Shown: one piece after another, positions 34,852 to 48,400 of the stretch
Position numbering within the stretch: position 1 is the first letter of the stretch
Layout of the letters: each line of letters begins with the position of its first letter
The notes under the pieces: generated by a model
Seen by the model: the letters and a program-made list of their open reading frames with translations, nothing else
Told to the model about the DNA's origin: nothing
Databases searched by the model: none
Position numbers and translations under genes: made by a program
Source: Squalus acanthias
Taxonomy: Eukaryota
Length of the DNA stretch: 64,000 nucleotides
Direction: 5' to 3'
Assembly (NCBI GenBank): GCA_030390025.1
Contig: CM059433.1
Span: forward strand, 4,836,001 to 4,900,000

Positions 34852-35879
34852 AGTATCTCTCAACCTCTGGTTCAAAATCAATTGAGTCAGTTTGTGCTGC
34901 TGAGACTGTCTGTTGTACAGTGCAACGCAGCAGCGCTATAGAAACAAGGTCCTGACATAGTGTAAAAAGAAGTACATGTAGGTCACCGTCCCAAAATAGG
35001 ATTTAAAAAAAAAACTTGACAACCAGCTGTTTTTATTGCTCATAGCTGTTCTTACAAGTTACTGTTGTGGGCTTAGATTTAATGCTGGGCAAACTGTCAG
35101 GTCCAGTTTCATCCTGTTGAACTTTACCCCCTGTCAGCTGATTAGCGTGGCAGTGGAGAAATCTGTCACCCAGATTACTTTGTCCTCTTCTGCTTGCAAG
35201 AGCAATCAAGCACATTTCCTGTTTCCTGGATCCCATGGGTAGTTCAAATGATATTAGTCGGCAGAACAAAAGTTGTAACAGCAGTGGGAATCATGTATGC
35301 TATTGCTGGTGTTATCCCAAGAACTATGGTTAGAGTTGAGATGTTAAATGGAGATCCTGTCTGTCCATTCAGGTGAATGTTAAAACTGCATTGGAGAACA
35401 AACTGGACCAAAGGGACTTATTTTCAAAACCTGTCTTGTGACCCTATTCATCTTGTCTTTCACCTTTACTGCATCTGCAGTATTTTGCTTTTGTATCCTG
35501 TTCATCATCTCGTCTGTCAAGGCATATGTACAAACTAATGCTCGTTAAAACAATTGCTTTACATTCAGTACCTCCTGTAATATGTATCCAGATATGCTAT
35601 GTAATATTTGGAAGCTCTGCTTTAGTGAATTTACCAAAAGTTTAGTAGTTGGGCCAGACTAATGGCATAATTTAGAGGCAGTTCTGTGGAGTAAGCGTTC
35701 TTTATATAGAAGATCTTTGTGGTTGTAGAATCAGGGTGAGTGAATGAAGAAATAGTGCAAATTTAGTGTCAATGACAACAATATTTTTGTGTAGGTGGAA
35801 ATTGGTAGGAAACATAAAAATGAAAAAGCTGAGAGGTGCAGTTGGATCCTATCTCACAGCTGATTTAAATATCATGCAA

Positions 35880-36034
35880 TACTACACAAAAGAAAAATAC
35901 TGCAGATGCTGGAAATTTGAAACAAACAGAAAATGCTGCAAATACTCAGCAGGTCAGGCAGCATCTGTGGAGAGAGAAACAGTTAATGTTTCAGATTGAT
36001 GACATTTTGTCAGAACGGCATTGTCTGTTTTTGT
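35880..36034. mobile_element. Short Penelope-like insertion
   Basis: AAAATACTGCAGATGCTGGAAA...GTCAGAAC repeat. 16-bp direct repeat TTTAAATATCATGCAA at 35864-35879 and 36035-36050. Confidence 0.8.
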
Positions 36035-36704
36035 TTTAAATATCATGCAAGTTCTGTTCTGGGTTAGTTTCTGTAAAATTGTAAGATCCACTTTGTGTGA
36101 GTATAGGTAGTTTAATGTTTTTCAGATACAGTAGTGCACAATGCAGGGCGGTCAAGTATGTGCTTGGTCAGACAACACTACAGTGGTCTGTTATGTGAAC
36201 TTGTTCCTACTCCCTTTAAGATGTGATTTAACTAGTATGCTGGTGTCTTGAGATTACCCTTGACTTGACATTTAACTGGGTAGGCAGAATAGTGGTAGAT
36301 GCTCATCATTTCACAGTTTCCCTGCATGAGTGGAAGATCCATGTGGTGGCAGTTCAGGACATGTTTAGCAGCTGAAGGTCTCCAGAGGTGCACTTGTTTG
36401 TCTCCCAGTCTCCAGACAACAATCAGCTCCTGTATTTCTGTTCAAGAACCTAGGCAGTGTCAGCTTGGCAGTTGGATGGTTTCTCCTTTTCCTGGATACA
36501 GGGGTTTGCTGCAATTCCTCCATTTCTCCATATCTGACAGTTCAAAAGAGCAGTTTGCAAAAATTGTACTGGTAATCCCTTGTTGGTCCTGGAACGAATC
36601 ATTCTCGGACATCATGGCAATCTCCTGAAGCAGATTTTCACTCCTGCGCAGGAGTGATGTCTTGCAGTTGGATAGCTCGAATCTTGTATCTAAACATGGA
36701 GAGA

Positions 36705-38095
36705 TCTAATAACAGCTTGCATTTATATAATGCCGTTAATGTTTCAAAATAGTGGGAGAGGGGTAAGAAGTCATTGTTGAAGATATTGGTTTTAACAATA
36801 ATAACTTGCATTTACATAGAGCTTTTAATGAAAAGAACATCCTAAGGCACTTCACAAATACATCATACAATCATAGAATGATACAGCATAGAAGGAGCTG
36901 TCCAATTAGTCCCACTTCCCTGCTTTTTCCCCATAGCCTTGCAAATTTTTTCCCTTCGTGTATTTATCCAATTCCCTTTTGAAAGTTATTTTTGAATCTG
37001 CTTCCACCACGCTTTCAGGCAGTGCATTGCAGATCATAACAACTTGGTGCGTAAAAAAATGTTTTCCTCATGTCGCTGGTACCGAGTCAGGCAGGGACTG
37101 ATTAAGATTGGTGGCCAATGGGTTGGTTCAAAAGATGGGTTTTTAGAACATTTTTAAAGGTGGAGAGGCAGAGAGGGTTAGGGATGGGATTCTAGAGACT
37201 AGTACTGAAGTGGCTGAAGCCTCTATTGCTAATGGTGGGATGAAGGTTAGGGAAATGCAGCATTTGGTTGGTAAAGGGAGGCTGCAAAGGTAGTGTGGGA
37301 CAAGGCCATATAGAGATTTAAAGATGAAGAGGATTTAAAATTTAACATCTTGGGGGAACAGGGAGCAGGGGCAAGTAGCACTTAGTGCAGGACAGGAAAT
37401 GTGTAGCAGAGTTTTGCACAAGATGGACTTAAACGAGGATGTTGGAGAAGCTGAGTCGCGATGTGGTGAAGGCATGTATGAAGCTTTCCGAGGTGGGGTG
37501 GAGGTGAACATTGTTGTGGAGAGGGTAGTAAGCGGATTTTGTCGTGCAGATGATTTTGGGTCTGCAACTAAGCTCGCGGCTCAACAGGGTGCCAGGGTTG
37601 TTAACGGTTTGGTTGGGACTGAAACCGTGGCTGGGTGAATCGGGTGAATTGCAAGGAAGTAGAGTTTGTAATAGGGTTGAAGACGATGACCTTTATTTTT
37701 CTGATACTGAACTGGAGGAAGTTGTGACTGATGCAAGGCTCTTTTGAAGGAGGGTGGAGATGGAGCAAAACAGAAGTTTAGGGAGTGAATTAGAGTATGA
37801 GGCCAAGGTATCTGAAAGCTCTCTCGTTTTGAGTGGCAGGAGGGAAAGCTCTCATTAATCCAGGGATTTTAAGATCAGAGGGCGCAACAGGGCAATTGGA
37901 CTGGAGGAGGTTGCAACAATACGGAGGAGTGAGACCGTACAGGGATTTGAAGATGCGGGTTTTAAAATCAGTGGGCGTCATCAAGGATTCTGGTGGGCGG
38001 ATGGGATGGGATTTGGGTGATAGAACTCTGGATGAGTTAGAGTTGATGTGAAGCCCAGTGAAGAGGGTGTTGGAAATTGGTGACTTCAGGTGACA
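36705..38095 (-). mobile_element. Cluster of old L2 fragments with a nested CR1 3' end (about 36860-37075)
   Basis: L2 tails AACTTGCATTTA, the translation FKSLYGLTPPY, and a CR1 tail ATCATAGAATGATACAGC. Confidence 0.65.
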
Positions 38096-38442
38096 AAATA
38101 CATTCTGTTTGAAGGACTGATTATTGAAATATGACTGGTTAGATCAGGATTCCCCCTTCCTTGGTGGTAGATATCTTGATTAGTTCTTCAGGGCATTCAC
38201 TAATGGAGCTTACAACAGAACAACTAAAAGGTTTGTGCAGTAGTGTTCTACCAATTCAGTTAGAACTATCTCATATTCCATGCATTCTGGAATATTCATC
38301 AGTTTTTGAAAATCTTGCTCCATTAAAACCCATGGTGGCCATTTCAATCTCTCACTATCAATTTGGATCAATAGGAGATCATCTATTGCTGTTCTGTTTT
38401 ATGCAAGTTGTTTGGAGATGGTGCCCAGTTAACCTTTTTATT

Positions 38443-39208
38443 GGCCCAGAAATTGGATTTCGATGGTTGCCACGGGGATAAGGATCCCCCGCGATATTGC
38501 ACTCCGCGCCTACCTTTATGGTTTTGGCCCACACGAACTTCAGTTCCTGGGCCTCTCCCTGGTGCCAGCGCGTAGTGTGTGCGTGTCCCAGAGGCGCAGT
38601 TAGTTCGGTGCTACCTCTGGGATCACGTGGGCCAGTTAGAGCCAATGGCAGCACACCATCTTTCATTCATAGTTTTGACAGGAAGAGCTGTCAAAACTAT
38701 GAATACAACAAGCCCCCAAAAGAACAGCTAAACCTCAATTAAATTAAAAAAAAAAGCCATCACATTAATAAAATAACTATAGTTAAATAAATTAACCACT
38801 TTAAACAAAAATTTAAATTTTTGAAAAAATTTACATTCTTTTTAAAAGTTATAAAAATAAACTTACCTTTCTTTAAAGTCTCTAAAAAAGATAAACCTGT
38901 TGAAAAAAATTTAAAATAATACTTAATTAACTACTTACCTTGTTAAAAGGGGGTCTTACGTCTGCTTTCTTTATGTGTAGAATCTTCAACACTTACCTGC
39001 GCGTTCAAACCTGAAAAAAAAACTAAGTGTGCTGCGTGCGCACAACCTGTAGCGCGCACGCGGTTCACTTAGGAACCGCCCCCTTCGCAATACCCGAAGT
39101 GCCGGTTTCCCGCGCATGCACAGTGCATGCAGGAAACCGGCACTTCGGGACCTAATACGCGAGAGTACACAGTGCGTAATCTCCCATATTAGGTCTAATT
39201 TTCGGGCC
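38443..39208. mobile_element. Harbinger-type MITE
   Basis: Termini GGCCCAGAAATTGGA / TCTAATTTTCGGGCC, duplication ATT, CpG-rich ends, AT-rich centre, two internal hairpins. Confidence 0.75.
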
Positions 39209-41474
39209 ATTAGTTCTCAATTGGGACCCTAGATTTTCAGAAGCTAATATAAGTTTCCTTATGACAAGTTGCATTATTAGTATTAATTTTGACTTGCAGA
39301 GTAATTCCTTATTGTAGATATTTGTCTTGGTACTCTGACAAGGAAGTCTTTAGGACTCATCTGGAGTTCTGATAACGTGTTTTTATAGTTCACTTTTTAA
39401 AGAGAGAAACAAAAGTACTCTTCCAGAACATTCCTTTCCCTATTAAATATCCTCATGCAAGGCCAAGGATGTAAGTCCATGTGTGAATTGCAGCAAGATT
39501 GTTTAATGACCTCTGCACGAAAAGAAGCACCGTGACAATAGAATTTAGCAAACAAAGCAGTGAGATTGGAATTTAGCTAAAGTAATTAATGTTTAGCATA
39601 ACCTGAATTTATCTAAACAAATCAACAGATGTAAACCATATTTGTGGATGTTCATAGCAATACAGCACTAATGTCTTCAACTTTGGCTTCTTTCAATTTG
39701 AAAAGCTTTTAAGTTATATTTGTTTCTTTCAAGATTCCGTATGCACACCCAGATTAAAAATGACGATTGAACCTCTTTAAAGAAGGGGTATATATTGAAG
39801 GCTGTGCACATAAAATAAATGTAAAAAGGTTTGTGGAGATTTAGATGGGTTTTAGTGCTGTGGACCAGTGGGATTTCTTGTGATGAAAGCTATTAAGAGC
39901 TCTGAAAAAATATCATGGAAGGTGGATGACTGAGGGAAGATTGGGAATAAACATACAAATATACTGAGAGACTGGCCTTAATATTGGAGATGGGAAGCAT
40001 CAATAGCAAATTTAGCAGACAGAAATAAGCAAAATCTGAAAAGAAATAGAAAACACTAACGAGAGTGAAAATGTCATTTTTAGAGTTCATGTTGGGGTGG
40101 TTTTTAAGTTTAAAAAAAAAAGTACTTTGTACATTTGTGATTATGTTGATGATTGAGTGTGACCCATTGGGCAAGGATTGTTTATTGAATAGTTAATGTT
40201 GCACATGAACTGTTTATGCTTTATAACTACTTTAGCAGATTTTGTATTTTTGATTTGAACAAGACCAGTTGTGTTTTTCCCCTTTCTAGTTTTAGCTTGA
40301 CCCATTTACTAATGCAGTTTAACGTGCAGCGATAAATACTAAAGCCTCATGATTGTGTGCCGTTGTACTTAACCTTAATGAGTGCATAGGGCAGTCTGAC
40401 TGTTAAAACCTATTGGACATAAGCTTATTCCCATTTTAAAAAAAAAATACATTTTCATGCTTTCCACAAATTGCTTGTTTATGTACACTGAAATCCTCTT
40501 TAATTATCACTTAATGCTGTGGTTAGTTGTTTTGTGGGATGCTAGATCAATAATGAAGTAATAGTATAATTTTAGCTAGTTACACCCAGTTGATGTGATG
40601 CCTGATTAACAGGTGTGCGAATGAGTGACGCTTATGTCTGTTATTCTCAGCGCTTAATATTTAGTGGTTGCTGAGCAAGAGCTACAGCATTCAGATTGAA
40701 TTTTCTGGTCTCTAATTTTAATTTTGGGCATTGATGTATCTTGGGTTAAACAGCAAAGGGTTAATTAACTATTTTATAAACTCAGTTTCTTAAAGCATTT
40801 ATACAGTGTTGCAGAAAGGATTTTGCTTCTTTTTAAGGAGCTTTTTTGGAAAATAAAGTCACTTGGGAATTTTGCTAAAATGTGAAACCATATTGTGTAG
40901 TTGAGCTGTAGTCAGGCTTAACAATAAACAAAAATTCAAGCATGATTAAAATATTTATTAGACATCCGAAATCAGTCCCAAAGCGGCCAGTTTGAGGTAG
41001 GTTTTGTTTAAGTTTGCATCAGTTTCATCAAAATATTAGGGATAGTGTATTCAGTGAGCGCTTGGCATTGCAGCTAGATTTTGAATGAGTTAATGTTTTC
41101 TGCAGTATTAAAATGGAGCTTTATAACACTTGCATGGGAGATGTGTTTAATATGAAATAAGTCGGATAATTAGGAAGCATTTTAGTGCTTGATTAAAAGT
41201 ACAAAAATCCCTTGACTATTTGAATTTTTGCCAATTGAATGTTCAGTGCTGTTTTATTGGCACTGAGCGTCGGAGAAAAGGCATAGGCGGAGGATGGTGT
41301 GGTCTACTGGATCAATAGCTGTAGAGAGGATGAGGAGGGATAATGCACCATGGTCATAATCACAGAGGATGCCATTTGTGACTGGTTTGGGCTGTTTCAG
41401 TGCTGTGGCAGGGATGGAAACCTGATTTGGAGAATTTCAAACATGGGCGATGTGGGAAAGATGGGCACAGATTT

Positions 41475-41938
41475 GAGAAAGAAAGAGCTTGCATTTATAT
41501 AGCACCTTTTATGATCTTTGAGTGTCCCAAAATGCTTTCCAGCCAATTAAGTAAATTTTTTTGAAGGCAGTCACTTGCAATGTAAGGAAACACAGCAGCC
41601 AATTTGTGCACAGCAAGATCCCACAAACATGGATGAGATAATTGCCAGATAATCTGTTTTAGTGATGTTAGTTGAGGGGTAAATATTGGCCAGTACACTG
41701 GGAGATCTCCCCTGATCATCTTTAGTGCCATGGGATCTTTAATGTTCACCTGAGATGGTAGACGGGGCTTCGGTTTAATGTTTCATCCGAAACATAGCAT
41801 CTCTGACAGTACAGTGCTCCCTCAGTAGTACACTGAAGTCTTAGCCTAGATTATGTGCTCAAGTCTCTGGAATGGGACTTGAACTCACAATCTCCTGACT
41901 CAAGATGTGAGAGTTCTACCATTGACCTAAGCCTGACA
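41475..41938 (-). mobile_element. Deu-domain SINE inserted in an old L2 fragment (about 41270-42030)
   Basis: Reverse-complement homology to 4185-4635 over its full length. Confidence 0.82.
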
Positions 41939-42629
41939 CAAGAAGCGAAGGCATTTTAAAGAACTTTGGAGATGAAAGGGAGGTTGGAGATGGGGTGGCA
42001 GTCTGCAAGGACAGAGGGGTCAAGGGTGTTTTTTTTTGACTGTCTGGCATTACTGTCTACCTTGGTTTGGAAAACTGGGCTGGAGGCTGAGCAGGTTTCA
42101 CAACAATGGGATGCTTCTGGCTTCCTGTTTTATTCAGGGGGGAGAGTGGACTACAAAAAGTATTCACATTTGCGCATTCATTTCAATAGGGCTTCGTAAA
42201 TTATCCATTAAACATAAAAATTGGTGTTGATAACTAGGTCACATTTACTTAATTTGAACTAAATGTTTACCTGCAATTAGAGACTTTCTGCACTGATGCA
42301 TACATTATACTTTCAAGATGATCATTTGATTAAAAGTACTCTAAAGATTCTTTCACTATAAATAACTTCAGTGGTGGGGTTTGACTCATATTATTGTCGA
42401 ATTAATGGCAAAATGGCAGGTGGACAATTGCTGTCTGTCTTTTGGTATTAAATTGGCAACCTCACTCTGGCTATTATGGAGTGGTGAGCAGAAATAATTG
42501 AACTGGAACGTCTGAAGTTGCTTGGAGGTGAGCGTTGAACTTCATTGGTAAGACAAACTAGAGGGTGGATTTGATGGTGTTATAGCTGCGTGGTAATTTG
42601 TGCTGTTAACACTGAGTGACAAAATGGGA

Positions 42630-43045
42630 TGAAAGAAAGAAAGAAAATGCATTTAAATAACATCTTTCACATTCTCTGGACGTCCCAAAGCGCTTCCCAG
42701 CCAACTAATTACTTTTTGAAGTATATTCTGTTATGTTGGCAAATTTGCACACAGCAAGGTCCTACCAATAGCAACGAAATAAGCGACCAGCTGTTTTGGT
42801 GGTTATAGTTTGAAGAATAAATGTTGGCCGAACTACCCTGCCTCTCTCTGAGTAGTGCCATGGGATCTTTTACGTTAACATGAACAGGCATTAGTTTAAT
42901 GTCTCATCTGAAAGACTGCACTTCCAGTAATGCAGCACTCCCTCAGTACTGCACTGAAGTGTCAGTTTTGATTATGCTCAAATTCTGGAGTTGAGCTTGA
43001 ACTCATGACCTTCTGACACCATGACAGAAGTCCTACCACAGAGCC
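42630..43045 (-). mobile_element. Deu-domain SINE
   Basis: TGCAGCACTCCCTCAGTACTGCACTG core and a (GAAA)n tail. Confidence 0.8.
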
Positions 43046-45129
43046 AAAAAGTATTATATTCCCTAGTACTGACATCCCTTTCTTTGATAACCAAAAAAAT
43101 TCACCAAAAAATTATTAGACTTTTTTTTGCATCCAGAACGAACAAAGAAGCTCAACACTTGGAGTCAGTGCATCAAAACAGAATTCCAAAGAAGGACCTT
43201 GAATAATCTTGTTGCTTTCCTAAAAGATTGTGATTTTTGTTGTTAGTTTTTGTTGTCAAAATGACATCTCTATTCTAATTGAAAACAAGTTAATTGGTTG
43301 GCAGTAGTTATAGTTACAGGTAAAATGTGTTTTAGTTCTTTGGTTAATTTATAAGGTATGAATTATGATGTGCTTTGCAGAATGGAACGCCTTCATAGTT
43401 TGTCATTACTTAGTCCCATCCAATAAATCAGAAGCGTTCCCTCCCAGTTATTAACATGTCTTGGAAGACTAATTGGAGCCTGCAATAGTTTCTTAGTGGG
43501 GAAACCTCTAGTATTTATTATGTTCCAGAAATAAATTTTGCTTTAATTCTAGGAGAATGCCAATTTATTAGCATCTGTTTTAATTCCTCTTAAATGGTGC
43601 CTAAGGCAGCAAAGGAATCCATGCTATAAAGCAATGCACCAGGCCACTGCTTAAGCAAAATATTGTAAATTTTCATGCCATCTATTTATGGTTGTTGCTA
43701 CATGAGGTTTCTGAGGCAAATGCCCAAAAATGCTTACGTAATTTAAGTTGAATTTTAAGAGAAAATACTTAGAGCATTTTTGTCAGTGTTGGCAAAGTTT
43801 CAGCTAAAGGGACTCTGGCAGTAGAAATAAATCTTAGGCTTCAAAAAATGGATGCCGTTGTCTTTGACCATAACTTGTTTTAGCTTGTGGAAAGCAGACA
43901 CTGTAATAGCTTGAAAGTTGATGTCAGCCGCAGAGCATATTGTCTATATGGAGTTATAATAATCAAAAGGAGAAGCAGTTCTGGCACTTTTTTCTTAAAT
44001 TTCTACAAACGAATGTGAAAAACAATGAGTGGCACAAGCTGAAAATATTTCAAAAATGTCTGCTCCAGTTTTCTTGTAATTTATCAGCATAAAATCAGAA
44101 TGAGGCACCAGCTGCATAACCTCAACTTCATGGACGAAAAGTTATTTTGAAAGCTTGTGTATGACAAGGTTCTGAGAATAGCAACTTTATGGATCACGAA
44201 CAGAATTTTTAACATACCGTCCTAAATTAAGATTCAGCAGACTTGATGAAAAAAGATCTGCATGGATATTGAGAAAGAATATTGAATTAATTTTCAGCTT
44301 GAAAAATATTTGGTTAAAACTTATTTTGGAATCACATTTTCATCTTTAATGAGAATAATAGAGGTACTATGTAGTTGTGAACACATTCTTACTGATCAAA
44401 CATCTTAATATACTCACACCTGGTATGTGTAGATATAAGTAAATTTGTATTGATATTGAAATGTTTTTTAGGCTCTTAAGTAATTGTTATTTTCACAGAA
44501 GTAAAGAATATGTTGGGGAAGAGAATGTACCATTTATATTGTGTATATGATCAATTGACATCATAATTTTGGGGAAAGGTAGGCAAAAGAGTACTGTTGT
44601 AAAATAGATGGTTGTTATGAATAACTGTCAAAGAAACAAAATTGATTGCCTCTTCCCCCTCCCCTTCTTCAGGCAGTGCCTCATAAATACAGCATTGCTT
44701 CTCCCCCCCCCCCCCCCCCTCTCCCCCAAACCACCCCTTGGCATCTCCACCTTAGTTCATTTTCTCAAGGCACAGTAACAATACTACTAACTGGACTACG
44801 AAAGCACCTCTTTAGCAACATGCAGCAAACATGCAGCATGGCACATAGCAATTAAAAATGTCATATCAATAAGTCTGAATGTCAGAAGCTTTATTTTTCT
44901 GCTTTTATTTTTGGTCCTCCACACCATGTATTATTTTCTGGAAACCTGTTCCTGTATATCTGCTGTTTTTTGAGTCAGCAACACTGCAACTCCATATAGT
45001 GCTAACGGTGTAAACGTTCCTTTTACCTATAATTTCTTAAAATCATTACAACATTCAAAAAAATTGTAACTGACAAAAATAAATATTTCAATATTAAAAA
45101 TAAATGGCCAAAACTTTTTTTTAAAAAGG

Positions 45130-45822
45130 TACATGACCAGAGACCACTTGGGTTCAGATACACAAACCTTTACCAGTTGAAGGATAAAGTTGATAGAGTT
45201 CTTTATAAAACCTAGGATCCTATTTTTTTTTAATAGGACTCCAGAGTACAAAAGCAAAGAGGTAATGCTAAACCTGTACCAATTATTGGCTAGGCCACAA
45301 TTGGAATATTTCATCCAGATTTGGATGCTTTACTTTAGGAAAGATATCTAGGCCATGCAGAGGGCACAGAAAAGATTTGCTCAATATGATACCAGGGTGG
45401 GGGACTTTATTGAGCGAAATTGGAACTCTTTTCATTCGAACAAAGTTGATTTAAGATCTAAAATTATAATAGGCTTTAATAAAATAAAGCAGGAAAACTG
45501 CTTTTACTGGTCGGTGAGTAGGTAATTAGAGGGCGTAAATTTAAGATGATAACCAAAAGAACAAGAGAGAGATAGATGGTAGGAGAAATTATATATATTT
45601 TTTAAAACGGAGGGTTGTTGGAATATAGACTGTTCTACCAGAAACAGCGGAAGCAAAATCCATAATAACTTTAAAAAAGGAAATTGCTAAATATTTGGAT
45701 AAGAAAAAAATTAAGCGTATGTGGAAAGGGTAGGAGGGACAGGACTAAGTGGATAGATCTTTCAGAGAGCTGACACAGGCACAATGGGTCAAATGGCTGC
45801 CTTCTGTGCTGTAAATTTCTGT
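45130..45822 (+). mobile_element. Old CR1 3' fragment
   Basis: Degenerate YKSKEVMLNLY..L.RPQLEY translation and an AAATGGCTGCCTTCTGTGCTG tail. Confidence 0.7.
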
Positions 45823-45829
45823 GAACGAT

Positions 45830-47435
45830 GGTTTTTGACTTGGAGGTAATGGTGCTCCCACGACATTGCTGCTCTTGGTGGTAGAGTTCGCAGCGGAGGG
45901 AGCTGCTGTTGAAGTAACCTTGGTGAGTTGTTGCATTGTATCCTGTAGATCACATTGGGCCTGAGATTTGTGGTGGGTAATAACTGAGAACTAACCGCGT
46001 TTTTGTTATTACCCCTTTGAAACTGACCACAATTTAAGGATGTAGTGCATGCGCATCGAAACACGGAAATCCTGAAGTTGCAGTCAGTTGTTCAGTGCTC
46101 TGAACACTGGCTGCACCTTGCGCCCCCGCGCCCCCCCCCCCCTCCCCCCCCATACCCTGCAATCAGTGAAACTGACGAAAACTCTGTTTTTTGCGCAGAA
46201 ATATCGCTGTTAAATACCCCATTAAATGTTAGGTCTTGTTGAATCAGGTGTAATTGGGGTTTGAACAGCGTATTGACTGCTAAACAAATGTTATGGCCCT
46301 GAAAAATTAACTTTAATTTCTCCATTGTGATAAAAATTAAAGTTTATTCATGATTATTTTAAGTTCTACCTTATCCCCATGTCAGAGCCTCAATCTTTGT
46401 TTTGCTCTCTAACATTTTTAAAAAGTTGGGATAAAAGCAGGTTCTCATTTCCTGCTTCCCTGTCTGTGAGATTTCTGCAATGTGATTGGTTGCTTAGACA
46501 GCTTGTTGACGTCACAGCAGATCGCGTTTGGGATTCCCCATTATACGGCACTGAAATCTCTTACATGCTGAAAAAGGCAAACTTCTTGCCACAGATGTGG
46601 GCAGCTTTCTTCAGGGCCAGTGGTGAACACCTTTGCTTTGCCGCTGACTGTAAATTCCAGGCCATTGTGCCAGTGATGGAGGGGGTGGATATAACTCCAG
46701 TGGCAGAGGCGCTGATAAAATGAATTGCTCGATCCTGGATGGTGTCAAGTTTCTTGATTGTTGTTTTGCATGCAGCCATTCAGACGAGTTGTGAGTATTC
46801 TAATCACACTTCTGATTTTAGCCTTGTAGATAGTGGAGAGACTGAGGGATCGGAAGGTGAACAAGCCGTTGCACAGTACCCAGCCTTTCTCACGCTCTTG
46901 TAATTACGGTGGTAATATGGCTGATCCAGTTCAGCTTCTAGTCAATGGTGACCCCTAAGATGTTGATGGTGGGAGATTTGGCAATGCTGATGCCTATGGA
47001 GAACCAGAAGATATAACTGAGCTTTCTCTTGTTGGAGATGGTCATTACCTGGGATTTACAAGGTGTGAATGTTACATGCTGCTTCTGAGCCCGAGTCTGG
47101 ATGTTATCCAAGCCCTATTGTAGACTGCCATAGGCTGCTTCATCATCAGAGGAGTTGTGAATGGAGCTGAACACTTTGGAATCATCAGCAAACCGCTCCA
47201 CTCCTGATCTTATGACAGAAGGAAGATCATTGATGAAGTGGTTAGGTTTGAGGAGCCCCTGTAGTGATGTTCTGGGACTGTGATGACTGGCTTCCAACAA
47301 CCACAGCCATCTTCATTTGCGTCCGGTATGACTCCAACCACTGGAATGTATTCCCTTTTCATCCCCATTGACTTAAGTTTTGCTGGGGTTCCTTGATGCC
47401 ATGCTTTGTTGAATGCAGCCTTGATGTTGAGGGTA
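45830..47435 (-). mobile_element. Old CR1 family A fragment interrupted by a MITE
   Basis: IKAAFNKAWHQG, FADDSKVF and KKLDTIQDRA are homologous to 8943-10460. Confidence 0.78.
45957..46663. mobile_element. Harbinger-type MITE
   Basis: Termini GGGCCTGAGATTT / AAATTCCAGGCC with duplication ATT. The host CR1 resumes on both sides. Confidence 0.65.
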
Positions 47436-48107
47436 AATACTAAAATGGTTGGTGCTTGAAAATGAATGTTATTTGATGAAATGGAAATCCTTACACCTCC
47501 GTCCTTCAGAATGAAGACGATGGGAGAAGATTTGGAGAATATCAAAGGAAACAAAAAACAAAGTAGATAAGGAAAATCTAGAAAAAGTAGAGTAGGAGAA
47601 ACAAATGGCGAAGCTACTACTAGGAGAAAATACCTCATTTTGTATTTTTTTTCTTGCATTTTCTTATGGGTGCAAACAAAGTGATGAGTGTTTTTCAGCT
47701 TTTATAATTTTACACCCTCCATGACTGAAGATTTGAAAATTCTAATTGTTTACTTATTCTGATCTCTAAGCTTAAAGTAGCTGCACTGAGAGGCTAGGGA
47801 TGTGTTTGTGGGAGTGAAGCTGCAGATAATGTGTAATATTGTCATTGCAACGTCTTGCTTGAATTGGCAAGTGGGAAGGAAGAGAAGCATATTTGTGCAT
47901 ACATTCCCAAAGTGCTTTGAAACAACTGTTTGTCAAAATATTAAGAGTGAGAACCCAAGAGAAAGCCCCAAGGCACATAATATGCACTCTGCTAAAGCAG
48001 TTAAGCAAACTTCTTACTGGTAATTCCCAAAACAGCAAGTGTATTTTTGATGGTGTTTAAAAAGCCATCGCGAAGTTTTGTTGGTAGACATCTAGTTAAG
48101 TGTATGT

Positions 48108-48400
48108 CATAGAAACATAGAAACATAGAATCTAGGAGCAGGAGTAGGCCGTAGGCCATTCGGCCCGTCGAGCCTGCTCCGCCATTCAATACGATCATGG
48201 CTGATCATCCAAATCCAGTACCCTGTCCCTGCTTTAATCCCCACAGTACACATATCCCACCCTACCCCCGTAACCCCACGTATTTAATTCCCCCTAACAT
48301 ATCCCATCCTATCCCCATAACCCCACATATTTAATCCCCCCTAACACTAAGGGTCAATTTATCATAGCCAAATCAACCTAACCCACACATTTTTGGACAT
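48108..48400 (-). mobile_element. HE1/V-SINE-like fragment with CR1-type tail and internal ~47-bp tandem duplication
   Basis: Minus strand GTCCAAAAATGTGTGGGTTAGGTTGATTTGGCTATGATAAATTGACCCTTAGTG (V-domain-like) runs into a CR1 tail with (CATAGAAA)n. Confidence 0.55.
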
